64,000 bases of DNA, from contig NC_043007.1 of assembly GCF_006345805.1 (NCBI RefSeq), forward strand, positions 37,138,001 through 37,202,000, written 5' to 3'. The notes under the pieces were generated by a model. The model worked only from the letters and a program-made list of their open reading frames with translations. It was not told the DNA's origin and did no database searches. The position numbers were made by a program, and so were the translations under genes. The stretch's first letter is position 1, and each line of letters begins with the position of its first letter. Positions 1-11,589 of the stretch are shown one piece after another. Source of the stretch: Octopus sinensis (taxonomy: Eukaryota).

Positions 1-1832
1 ATCTTTCTCGAAATGATATCCTGGCATCAAGAAAAGACCAGTGTGATAAAGACATCAATTTCATGACACACAATGTAAATTTTGATGGCCAAGCAGGAGC
101 AACTTATTTAGAAGAGAATGCTTACACAAGCAATCAGCCAGTGAACCAACGAACCACAACGTCATCAACATCATTAGCAGCAGCAGCACAAAATGAAATC
201 ATTAATGACATTACTGTAGATCTGAATAAATTTCCAGTGACAAGTGAGTCCAGTACTGACCTGCAGCAAAACTTCTTTTGTATTGACCAATCTGAAAGTG
301 ACCAAGATTCACCTCTTGTCATAACATCTGTATCTTCAGGAAACCTTCCTAATGCAGAAGACTCAGCCAGCTCTGGACATTCTCTGTACACCTGTGAGTT
401 TTGTAAGGTTAATTATTTAACTGTTGACAATTTCGTTAACCATATGTCAGTGCATGAAGATAAAAGATTGTTTAAGTGTATGATATGCCATATCTACTTC
501 TCCACTGTTGATTCATTCACAACCCACTTCAGAAGACACACACCCAGACCAAATTTGAAATCAAACTCTTCTGTTAAAATTGATAATTTGGAGAAAAGTT
601 TCCAGAAGCAATCAGAAACAAACTTGGAGACTGCAGGCCAACAAAATTCCCAGAACAAAACCTCCAAACAGTTCAGTAGAGATGGCTTATTTCAGTGCAA
701 AATCTGTAGTAAGCAATTTGATAATCACAGCAGTTTGGAGTCCCATCTGAAGAACCATACAGAACAAAGATCCCTTCCAAGTTCTGATTTGATGACAACT
801 TCTAGTTTGAGAAGTAGTAAAGATTTGAGCCCAGATATCCAAAGATCAGAAGCCTCCTCAGAAAAGGCCCAGTTTCAATGTGATCAGTGCTTGTCTACGT
901 TTCAGCATAAAAATGATTTTATTTCTCATTTGAAAACCCACATTGAGAATTTGGAGTTAGCATATAACCAAACTGAGGAGGCAAACAGTTTTCAAAATGT
1001 GGACACTTTGTATTTCATTGAGAAATGTAAAGAAGAATACACAGAACCTACTCAAACAGATCCTTTAAACGGTAAAGAGCTCAAACCTACAACAAGTCAA
1101 GAGAGTTCTTTGAGTACCACATCTACTTTAGCTAACAGCGTTTCTGCTACAAACAGCCCTTATTTGTGCAATGTTTGTAATCAGTCATTTGTTGAGCGTC
1201 TGCATCTTGTTAAGCATTTAATCACACACATTGGAAATAAACAGGTACTGAACAGCAGTTTAAGAAACCTAGACAGTTCACCAGCGTCTATTGAAAATGT
1301 AACTCAGGTACAGAACGACAAATTGTATAGTTGTAAACACTGCAACAAAGTGTTTACTCATATGCACCAACTACTGAAACATATGGCTGTGCACAGAAAA
1401 ACCAAGTCTTTTGTCTGTCGCTTTTGCCAAAAGGAAATAACTCTCTACAAAGACTTCATCAACCATCTGAAAATTCACACAGGACCTTTGCAATGTCCTG
1501 TCTGTCGAAAGACATTTTTACATTCGAGCCTTCTCAAATCACACGTTCTAACTCACAACATTGAGAAAGCATTTGCTTGTCAGTACTGTGATAAATCTTT
1601 TGCCCAATCATGTCACTTAACACAGCACATACGCACACACACAGGAGAAAAACCATTTGCCTGTTCATATTGCCATAAAGCCTTCTCGCTACGTGGCGAC
1701 TTGAATCGGCACATTCGTACACACACTGGCGAGAAACCATACAAATGCAATCTGTGCGAGAAAGCTTTTGCATTAAAGGGAGACTTAACCCGACATAAAA
1801 ACACTCACAAAGCTGAAATCATATTAACATGA
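1..1832 (+). CDS. C2H2 zinc-finger protein, 11 fingers; 5'-truncated terminal exon
   Basis: ORF 63..1832 has 11 C-x2-C-x12-H-x3-H motifs (YTCEFC..., FKCMIC..., FQCKIC..., FQCDQC..., YLCNVC..., YSCKHC..., FVCRFC..., LQCPVC..., FACQYC..., FACSYC..., YKCNLC...) and two TGEKP linkers. The same frame is open back to position 3 (LSRNDILASRKDQCDKDINF-M), so the true start lies upstream of the window. Stop TGA at 1830-1832. Confidence 0.95.
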   Translation, partial: LSRNDILASRKDQCDKDINFMTHNVNFDGQAGATYLEENAYTSNQPVNQRTTTSSTSLAAAAQNEIINDITVDLNKFPVTSESSTDLQQNFFCIDQSESDQDSPLVITSVSSGNLPNAEDSASSGHSLYTCEFCKVNYLTVDNFVNHMSVHEDKRLFKCMICHIYFSTVDSFTTHFRRHTPRPNLKSNSSVKIDNLEKSFQKQSETNLETAGQQNSQNKTSKQFSRDGLFQCKICSKQFDNHSSLESHLKNHTEQRSLPSSDLMTTSSLRSSKDLSPDIQRSEASSEKAQFQCDQCLSTFQHKNDFISHLKTHIENLELAYNQTEEANSFQNVDTLYFIEKCKEEYTEPTQTDPLNGKELKPTTSQESSLSTTSTLANSVSATNSPYLCNVCNQSFVERLHLVKHLITHIGNKQVLNSSLRNLDSSPASIENVTQVQNDKLYSCKHCNKVFTHMHQLLKHMAVHRKTKSFVCRFCQKEITLYKDFINHLKIHTGPLQCPVCRKTFLHSSLLKSHVLTHNIEKAFACQYCDKSFAQSCHLTQHIRTHTGEKPFACSYCHKAFSLRGDLNRHIRTHTGEKPYKCNLCEKAFALKGDLTRHKNTHKAEIILT

Positions 1833-2759
1833 TAAACACTTAATTTTGCTACACCATACCATATATGGCAGGAATTTAAAAAATTTTATGAAACAAAAAA
1901 AATTTTCCAATCTATTTATTTTTCTTCAAAAATTTTTTTTTTTTTTCCTTTTCACCAGTTCTTTGTTGCTTGCCAATTTAGAGCAAGAAATTAGTTTTTG
2001 TAGATTTCTTGACGGGTATATAACATGACTCTTGTGTTTAGGAATTGAAACAGTGCTCACTTACTTCTTGGGGATTAACTCTGTTCAAACCAAATACAAA
2101 GAGGTAAATTGCAAATATATATATATTTAAACCTTTCACTTGTTCTTTTTCTTCATTTGTGTGTATATTTTTCTGGGTTTTTTTTTTTTATTTTACTTTG
2201 TTCATATTTTTTTTAACCAAACTACAATTATTGTGTCACCAAAACTACAATCTTGGTCTGAGAGTGGAAATGGGAGTGAAATAATCTATTTCTGACATCT
2301 GGTTTGTTGATGTAAGGAAACAGAGTTTCTGGAATTTCTCATTGAAAAATATGCAACTGACACACCATATACAATGCACTCAAGCCTACAAGTAAGCTGT
2401 TGCATTATTGTTCAACCTACTAGAAGTAGCATCTAAATCACCTCCAAATCATAACCTATCATCTAAGAAATGGATGCATTGGATAATGTGATCCTGGACT
2501 CCCTGCACATAGGAAAAAAGCAGGATGGTTATGGCTAGAATGGTTTAAGCTTTTCATTACTGTATTCATTTTGAGATGCTCAGTGTTTCTTTCAATTACT
2601 TTAAATATAACAAAGAATTTAGTAAAATAACTTAGTTATCATTAAGCCAGTGTTAGGAACATAAATTGTGATTAAAGCCTGGTGGAAGATTTTAATTCAA
2701 AACTTGTGGAAACAAGACATTATAATTCCTTTATATATAACTGGTTTCTGGCCTCCATG

Positions 2760-3130
2760 CTGAGGGCACGTAACAAACACCATCTGAGCGTGGCCGTTCG
2801 CCAGCCTCGTCTGGCACCTGTGTCGGTGGCACATAAGAAAACACCATCCGAGCGTGGCCGTCTGCCAGCCTCATCTGGCACCTGTGTCGGTGGCACATAA
2901 AAAACACCATCCGAGCGTGGCCGTCTGCCAGCCTCGTCTGGCACCTGTGTCGGTGGCACATAAAATCACCCACTACACTCTCAGAGTGGTTGGCGTTAGG
3001 AAGGGTATCCAGCTGTAGAAACACTGCCAGATCTGACTGGCCTGGTGCAGCCTTCGGGCTTGCCAGACCCCAGTTGAACCGTCCAACCCATGCTAGCATG
3101 GAAAGCGGACGTTAAACGATGATGATGATA
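2760..3130 (+). mobile_element. RTE-tail non-autonomous retroelement with ~58-61-bp internal repeats and (GAT)n tail
   Basis: Tandem gtgtcggtggcaca-taaaaa-caccatccgagcgtggccg units, then ...ggaagggtatccagctgtagaaac...ccatgctagcatgg...gacgttaaacgatgatgat. Confidence 0.85.
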
Positions 3131-3600
3131 ACTATAGGACACTGTAGTCTTTAAAATTTTTGAACATTAGTTTATGACGTGTTACATGTTGCCATTTGAT
3201 ATAACACATGATGCGCAATACTGCAGCTGTTGCAGTTTTTGCACATAGGGTGTCTGTTGTTCAAAGAACATATTAATTTTTTTTTCCAAGATGGTTTCTG
3301 TTTTGTTATGTTAAATAGCAGGGATCTATCTTCTGGAAAAATTGATTGTTTTTATTGTTTTCTAATGATCTATCTCTGATATCTATTTGTTTTTAAAAGC
3401 TGCATTCTTGTGCATCATTATGGCAGTATAATGAGAAATATTTGCTAATGTGATAGTTTTATTTTGCAATAGGTATAGACACAAGTATTGGGACTCTGAT
3501 CAACACATTTTAACATGTCTCTCCACTTATTGCCACCATTTGGCTTCTCTTTTATCCATCCAACCATCTTTTATCCACCCATTATTCATATAATATGTAA

Positions 3601-4340
3601 TGAAATTATTGTATACAGTGCTCAGGTGCACCACAACTTATCAAAAAGTGCGTATAAAGCATATGCAGTAATGTACAAATGTCTGGAAAGCGAACAGTGT
3701 ATGAGTCAGATACATGCTTGCGTGTGTATGGAGGGGAGAAAATCAGGTGTAGTGTTGGCGAATCTCAGGAAGCATGGAAGTTTTGAAGGATGCAGTGCTC
3801 CGACAACTAACAATTGATGTCGGCAGTCTGTTCCATGCTTAAAAAACTCTTAGCGTGAAAAAATGTTTCCGAAAGTCATGGGAGCTGTGCTGTTTTCTGA
3901 CTTTGTAAACATGTCCACAGGTGTTAGACAGGTGGACTTTGAAGAGGTGCTCAGAGTTATTGTTTGTAAGATGGTTAATAATTTTATGGGTGTCTGCCAA
4001 GTCAGCTGCCAGATGTCGGAGTTTCAATGTATCCATGCCCAGGGAGGTAAGGCGTTCAGTATATGGCAAATGCCTGATGGTGGGTATTCTCTTGGTTGCA
4101 CATCGCTGAATGGTTTCCAGACGATTAATATCCTGGGCAAGATAAGGGTTCCAGACTGGTGATGCAAATTCCAGGTGAGGTCGTACCATAGCTGTATAAA
4201 GCCGCAGATAGATAGCCGGAGAGCGGCTCGCTAGATAGAGTCCTCAAGCATCTTCCCCATAGAGTTCCATCAGAAGCAACCATCATTAGAGTTTCCTGCT
4301 GGATTCCCGAGTGTGGCCAGCTGAGATTGTGGATATTATC
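3601..4340 (-). mobile_element. CR1-group LINE 3' fragment (RT C-terminal region)
   Basis: ORF 3839..4189: HLEFASPVWNPY...LETIQRCATKRIP...LPYTERL...FFTLRV. Closely similar copy at 61862..62525. Confidence 0.85.
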
Positions 4341-5228
4341 CATCCCTCTTGTCTTTAGTCTACTCTTTAGCTCAACTTGAAGAATTCATCTTGTGATTCT
4401 TTCCTGTGACATTTTAATCACATGTCTGTACTGCTGGACCCATGACCTTTTAATGTGGTGATGCAGTGACTCAACCTGGAGAAACTCTCTGATCTCCAAG
4501 TTATGCACCCTGGCATGGGTTGGATGGCTTGACAGGAACTGGCAAGGGCAGGTTCCATAGTCTATTTTGGCTTGGTTTCTATGGCTGGATGCCTTTTGTA
4601 AACAAACCACTTTACAGTGTAAGGGGTGCTTTTTATGTCACACCAAAGATCCTTCAGAGGAACTCTATTTCTGCTACTTGTATTCACAATTTTACCCAAC
4701 ATTCATGACTATAGGTGAAGACAGATATGAAAACTGAACAGTTTCCCTCTTCTGTAGACTCTTACTTGCATTTTTTTAATACTTTTTCACTCAACCATTA
4801 TTCTTTTTGTGCTTCACATTCCTATACTATTACTCTCATCTCTCTTATACACTTTACAAATACTTCTGGTGCCTAACTTTTCTCTCAGTACACTTGTGCC
4901 CCATCGTTTGTGCTGGCTGACATTATATACCCATCAGAGTTTGCTCACCTCATTTCTTTCAAGCTTTCCAATATCCTCCACATTCATCACCCCTTTCATG
5001 TTAAGCCTCATACAATCCGCCTTTCATTTGGAGAGTGAGCACTTTCCTGTCTACAAAGATCATAATTGTCTGAATTTTTCCTTCCTTTCTTTAGTCATCT
5101 CTTCTGAGCAATTCAAGTTTCATTTTTCAGGAGCTCTTCCTGATAATTACTCTTGTGTATCTGTTTCAAATGAAATCTCTCTTCTATCAGCCTAAGATCC
5201 TATATCATCTTTTGTGTACTCCTTTTAT

Positions 5229-5616
5229 AGTGGAGGCGCAATGGCCCGGTGGTTAGGGCAGCGGACTCGCGGTCGTAGGACCGTAGCTTCAATTCCCACA
5301 CGGGGCGTTGTGAGTGTTTATTGAGCGAAAACACCTAAAGCTCCACGAGGCTCTGGCAGGGATGGTGGTGGTCCCTGCTGTACTCTTTCACCACAACTTT
5401 CTCTCAATCTTACTTCCTGTTTCAGTTGTACCTGTATTTCAAAGGGCCAGCCTTGTCACTCTCTCTGTCACGCTGAATATCCCCGAGAACTACGTTAAGG
5501 GTACACGTGTCCGTGGAGTGCTCAGCTACTTACACGTTAATTTCACGAGCAGGCTGTTCCGTTGATCGGATCAACCGGAACCCTCATCGTCGTAACCGAC
5601 AGAGTGCTTCCACTCC
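5229..5616 (+). mobile_element. tRNA-headed SINE (family C) with 11-bp TSD
   Basis: Head ggaggcgcaatggcccggtggttaggg...gcttcaattccc (A/B-box-like). Flanking direct repeat actccttttat at 5218-5228 and 5617-5627. Confidence 0.8.
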
Positions 5617-5877
5617 ACTCCTTTTATGCATATTGAGCAGTGCTACTTCCCTGTTGGTTGTTTTGTTTTATTTTTCTGCTAACACTTCTCTCTTTACTAC
5701 TCTTAATTTTGCTTCTACCTTTGGAACTTTTCCCCTCATTTTTTAACTGATTCAGCTATGAGTATACATGAGTTCTCACCAACAACCAGTTTTGAACTCT
5801 TCTCTTATGGCTTTGGAGAAGTATATAAAAATGAGTAGATTGAGAACTGAGTCCTAATAGACACGTTCTTGCACACT

Positions 5878-6105
5878 GGTGGCAAGCTGGTAGAAACGTT
5901 AGCACACCGGGTGAAATGCTTAGTGGTATTTCGTCTGCTGTTACGTTCTGAGTTCAAATTCCGCCAAGGTCAACTTTGCCTTTCATCCTTTCAGGGTCAA
6001 TAAATTAAGTACCAGTTACGCACTGGGGTCGATGTAATCGACTTAATCCGTTTGTCCTTGTTTGTCCCCTCTATGTTTAGGCCCTTGTGAGCAATAAAGA
6101 AATAA
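5878..6105 (+). mobile_element. tRNA-headed SINE (family B)
   Basis: ggtggcaagctggtagaaacgttagcac...gttcaaattcc...tttcatcctttcagggtcaataaattaagtaccag...aataaagaaata. Further copies at 26967-27153(-), 40280-40455(-), 49151-49380(+), 54919-55130(-), 61007-61210(+). Confidence 0.85.
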
Positions 6106-7152
6106 GACACATTCTTGCACACTAAATCCCATTCTGAGCCTCATTACTCGCTTCCACTTTGCTAATAACAGCTCTGACCCATACTTGCACAACTTCCACA
6201 AACCATTCCTCTTTCAACAGTATTCTTAGTAACTACCGGGCTATGCAGTACCATACAACTGCTCTGCCAAAGGCCTTCTCTAAGGCAAGAAATGCTAGTT
6301 ATAATATTTTTCTTGGCTAATTACTTGTACTTGGTTGAGAACTTCTCTTGCACTCACTAATAAGAAAGCATCAGATACAAACCCAAACTACATATCATCT
6401 AAGCTAGTTATCTTTCTGATTAGCTTTACTATAAACTCTCTCTGCTTTCATGAGTGTCCGCCAGTTTAATGCCCTCTGTTGTTACTTCTTTCAAAGGCAT
6501 CTCCTTTGTCCTTCGAAGCAGTTCACTATGAGGTTGCTTGCAACTGTCATCAGAGAACATTTTGCACTACCTAAGTACATGAGTAACCAGCATGTCTTAC
6601 TTCACAGCATAGTTTCACCATTTCTGCAACAGTCCCTGGTAATTGAGCAGCTGCTTTCATGTCTGTAATGGCCTTTTCTACCATGAAGTAAAAAAAACTA
6701 CCTCACTTGGCAACAGGTGAAGGTTGGTGTCAGGAAGGGCATCCGGCTGTAGAAAGCTTGCCACACACTCAATGCTGCGCATATGTACATACATTCTTTT
6801 CGTAGGTGCAGGCATGGTTGTGTGGTTAGGGAGCTTGCTTCCTAGCTACATGGTTTCGGGTTCAGTCCCACTACGTGGCACTTTGGGCAAGTGTCTTCTG
6901 CTATAGCCTCGGGCCGACCGAAGCTTTGTGATTGAATTTGGTAGGCAGAAGTCACTGCCGTGTGCGTAGGTGCTTGTGCCTCTCTGAGAGAGGGAGGGAG
7001 CAGTAAATCTGAAAAGTTTGTCCCTTTGTTAGATCCAGTTGAGGTAAGCCACTTTTTTCCCCCACAAATTCTCCTCAATCAACAACAGTTCATTGTACCA
7101 TTTTTATACCTCTTTCTTCAGTGTTGCTGAGAACAAATGTGCTGTTATTATT

Positions 7153-7518
7153 CTCTTTTACTTGTTTCAGTCATTTGACTGCAGCCATGCTGGAGCACCG
7201 CCCTTAGTCGAGCAAATCGACCCCGGGACTTATTCTTTGTAAGCCCAGTACTTATTCTATCGGTCTGTTTTGCCGAACCGCTAGATGACGGGGACGTAAA
7301 CACACCAGCATTGGTTGTCATGCAATGCTAGGGGGACAAACACACACACATATATACGACAGGCTTGTTTCAGTTTCCGTCTACCAAATCCACTCACAAG
7401 GCATTGGTCGGCCCGGGGCTATAGCAGAAGACACTTGCCCAAGATGCCACGCAGTGGGACTGAACCCGGAACCATGTGGTTGGTTAGCAAGCTACTTACC
7501 ACACAGCCACTCCTGCGC
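7153..7518 (-). mobile_element. tRNA-headed SINE (family A)
   Basis: Reverse complement of ggagtggctgtgtggtaagtagcttgc...ccttgggcaagtgtcttc...gactgaaacaagtaaaaga. Confidence 0.88.
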
Positions 7519-8529
7519 TTGTGTAGTATTGTTTGTCTCCTGTCACTGGAATTTATAAAACTCTTATCCTGAGGTCACTAATTATCAAGTCTATGTTAAG
7601 TGGTATGTTTTCTACTGAAGAAAGACTTAGCAATTTTCATTATCTGTCTGTCCTGTTGAGAACAAAACTTACTTGGCTGTCATGTTCACCAGAAGACTAG
7701 TTGGCTGCCTGAAACTTGAGTTATAAATGGTTAAATCATTTGCATTACAGAACCCCAAGAGGTTTTCTTCTTCAAGTACCCATAACCAATATGTTTCACA
7801 ATACCCCAGTATGAATCTCTACCCCAACCCACCCTATGAACTTTAGTAGGACCTCAATTTTATGCGTCTCTGTCAATAACATTAATGTAGTTGTACAGTC
7901 TTTGATAAGGGTGCAGTTGTTTCCAAAATATTTCATCTGATAAGGCCTGTTGTTCTGCATCATAGCAGTGGCCAGCAAAACCAACCATGCTTTGAGCAAC
8001 AACAGTAGAGATGGACAGAATATGTCCATGAATGTTCTCATTGGTCTTGTGCTCACACCCACCATGAGATGTTCTGAACCTTTATGAGAATCCTGGTCTA
8101 CACGCCATCAAGATAATTTGTGCAGCCACATCTTATGGAAGTTATGCAGAGGTTGGATTTCGGTAAAATAAATACCAGTAATATATTATTGAATATTGTG
8201 ATATAGTGGCTAAAATGCTTTATATTGAATTCATAGAAAATCTGCTTCAATAAACACTGTCCATCCTATGCAAGCATGGAAGAGTGGATGTTAAAACAGT
8301 TATGATGAAGATAATGGATGAGATGCTTCGTGGCACTGTTTTAGTTCTTTGTGTTCTGACAGCAATGACACTGTTGTTGTGCTGTGCCAGTCCAAGTTGG
8401 TGGCCTTTTCCTTGGGTAAACATTTGTGGTGTGGAGAGAGGAGACTTGCCTACATAGGTAACTGTTAGTCTTTCTCAAAATGTCTTGTCCAAGCCTACAC
8501 ATACAGAAGCAATGGAATAGAATAATCAA

Positions 8530-8805
8530 CCATATCAAATGGAAATTATAGTTGTGATACCTGTGCCGGCGGCACGTAAAAAGCTCCATCCGAACATGGC
8601 CGATGCCAGCGCCGCCTTGAGTGGCTCCTGTGCCGGTGGCACGTAAAAAGCACCTACTACACTCACGGAGTGGTTGGCGTTAGGAAGGGCATCCAGCTGT
8701 AGAAACACTGCCAGACCAGGCTGGAGCAGCCTCCTGGCTTCCCAGACCCTGGTCGAACCATCCAACCCGTGCTAGCACGGAAAACGGACATTAAATGATG
8801 ATGAA
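8530..8805 (+). mobile_element. RTE-tail element copy
   Basis: Head atcaaatggaaattatagttgtgatacc, internal gtgccggcggcac repeats, tail ...ggacattaaatgatgatga. Confidence 0.82.
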
Positions 8806-8917
8806 CCTTGACTAATAGAGGCTCCATGTAACACTACATTTTACCAAATTGAGCAGTTGAACCACGCTACTCCTGCCAAAATTGAATAATTCTAACAAAA
8901 AATGGAAAAGAAATATA

Positions 8918-8923
8918 TTTATT
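8918..8923 (-). promoter_or_regulatory. Candidate polyadenylation signal of PSMC6
   Basis: AATAAA on the minus strand (tttatt on plus), about 100 nt downstream of the stop codon. Confidence 0.5.
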
Positions 8924-9024
8924 TTAAAGAAAGGAAAAGAACATAAAATGCACAACTACTATATTCTCAAGAGATGTAAAAACTTTGAGTTGTAGACAAT
9001 TGTTGTTAGAATACGGCCTGAAAT

Positions 9025-9143
9025 TTAAATTGGTTTGTAGTCCAACTTGGATTCTAGAATCTTGTTGTCAGCCACTTTTCGTACAGCTTTCATAAAGTCT
9101 TCTTCAATAACATATTCTCGTTCGGCCCTTATGGTACACATAC
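9025..9143 (-). CDS. PSMC6: PSMC6 exon 11, terminal coding exon (119 nt incl. TAA)
   Basis: gtgcag|(G)[38 protein letters not shown]. The 11 exons sum to 1191 nt = 396 aa + stop. Confidence 0.93.
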
Positions 9144-11589
9144 CTGCACGATAACATCAAGTCAGATATTAGCTTAGGTAACACAGACACATATATTTAT
9201 GAGAAGAAATAACGTGCTAGCTGCACGAAAAATAAATAAATAATAGCTATGTTAGTGAGATGTTCACATATTTAAAATACAGGATTAAAAAGTTAATTAG
9301 GAATAATTATGTGGTGAAACCGATAAGTTAGTGTTAACGTATTTAATACAAGGAGGCTTAAATAGTTAACAAGAAATAATCATGTGGTGACTGTGTTAAT
9401 GTATTTAATTGAGTAATCATTAGAAAGTTAACTCAAAATTATTGTGTTGAAAAGAAAAAAAAAAACTAGTCTTTCAAGTGACTTTTATTCTCACTACATG
9501 AATATGTTAACACTAATTTCGCAATTGCATTTGTGAATTTTACTTCCTTTATTTTGTTATTACCTAAATGTTTTCGTTAATTCTATGTAAGAATGTGAAA
9601 AATGCCACAGAGCAAAGGTTAGGTTTAAGCAAGCAAAGATAATGTGGTTTCAATTTCCCATCGAAGCCACTTCACATTACACTATTCTATTTCACTCCAC
9701 TTCTGCAGCAACAAAAAAAAATAGCTTAGAGAACTGGAATTTAAAAAAAAAAAAAATTTTCATCACACTACATGATTCCTCTAATTCTATATACTTTATG
9801 CTTAAATCTTTTAGCATTTTATCCAGCCGAAATCTTCTGCATTTTTTATGTTAAAACTGACGAGACCCAACTTCTCACACCTACCCTACGATGTCATTCT
9901 AAAAATATACAAGCACACCATTGAATCTTGAAGCTACAAGACAATGCATGATTAATTCAAAACACAGTGAATAAATAAAGTGTAGATCGGATAAAGAAAT
10001 TTAAATGCTAAAGAGTGAATTAAGAAACTATTATTATACATTAAGACTTTAACTAGTTTGAAATCATCCTGGTTTTCTGTACATCTGGAGATTTTAAGCC
10101 CCCTCCTACTTCTCCAAGTTATTTTACTGTTATTAAGCTTTAGTGACAGCCACATGCTCTCTAACTTGGTAGCACATTACAGATGTCTGACATTAGTCAT
10201 CGAGTGAAGTTGATGTACCATCATCGTTATGTCTGAGAAATAAGGTTTTGTTCATTAATTAGTCTATAAACAGGTGATGGGGAACACCAAGAACAGAAAG
10301 AAGATTGAAGAATATTAGAGTGTGAGGAAGATTTTTCTCTGAAATCATTTAATAAGATGAGGCTTCTTTAACAATGAAATGTTTCTTCTGAACCTAAGAC
10401 AAAATGTGCATACATTTTTGGTGTGGCAGATAGCAAAAAGGAATATGCATAACAGTGGGAAGATGAGTGTACAGCATTATTTCAAGGAATAGTGGTGGTA
10501 TACAAAGTTAGTCATATTCAGACACAAGAAAAAAAACAAAGAGAGAGAGAGGGCTGGATTTATCCATCTTAGTAACAAGTAAAAGCAAGGCCCTTCAGAT
10601 TTATAGTTAAGTGGTTTACCTCTTGCATTACGTGTATGTTGACATTTATTAAAAATCATCTCACCCATACTAGCATGGGAAAATTTATAGAAAACTGAGA
10701 AGAAGCTAAGGAGAGAGTCACAAGAAATTTCAGTCCATGTCATAAATTATTTATTGAAACCACAAAACTGTGAGCAGCAATGGTGGGAACTATATAGCCA
10801 CCCCACCCCCAGTATTATCCTGATACCTGCTCTAATGACTCTGGAGGCAGAAAGAAAAGAGAAAAAGGTAAATTCAAATAGTAAAAAGAAAGAAACAATG
10901 AAAACAGAACATCCGGTTAAAAAGTATAAAAGTTACAAATTATAACTGATTTTTTTTTTTTAAAACTCATGTGCTGAAAAGAACAGGTTACAATATATTT
11001 TCTTTGATATATTTCAGCCAGGTGGCTGCTATATGCTGAAGCACCATACACATGTGTGCGTGCGCATGCGCACAGACATGGTTGTGAGATGATGAAGTTT
11101 GTTTCTCAACCACATGGTTTCAAGTTCAGTCCCGCTGTATGGCACCTTGAGCAAGTATCTTCTATAACCCCAGGTCAATGAAAGACTTGCAAGCAGATTT
11201 GGAGGATAGAAACTAACAAGCCCAGTGTGTCCCAAAAGGTATACACACTTTAACAAATCTTTTAACTTATATTTGTTTCAGTCTTTAGACTGAGGCCATG
11301 CTGGTGCACATCCTAGAAGAATTTCTTTTAGTCAAATGAATCAACCTCAGTGTGTTTTATTTTAAAGTCTGGTACTTATTCCCTCAGTCTCTTTTGCACA
11401 GGGGTGTAAACACACCAACACCTGTTGTCAAGCAGTGGTGGGAGACAAACACACACACAACTCAATTATCATTCCTTTTTAGATTTAACCCTTTAGAAAT
11501 AATGAAGGGAGCTAGACTGGTCTTTGAACAACAGAAATTTTATCCTAAAGTACTATTGGAAGTTTAAAATGCGAAGATAGTTTAGGAGG

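Larger units (their letters stand above)
4400..8150 (-). mobile_element. Long decayed RTE-clade LINE interrupted by several SINEs
   Basis: Colinear minus-strand remnants: endonuclease-like EENLLGFCNANDLTIYNSSFRQP (~7700-7790), RT motif AFLALEKAFGRA (~6260-6296), C-terminal LERNEVSKL and LREKLG (~4850-4990), then the RTE tail (~4510-4600). Confidence 0.55.

Noticed and set aside
5232-5305. tRNA genes at SINE heads (also 5878, 17848, 47853, 49151)
   Set aside because: A/B-box-like motifs are present, but no complete cloverleaf or acceptor stem. Each continues into a SINE body.
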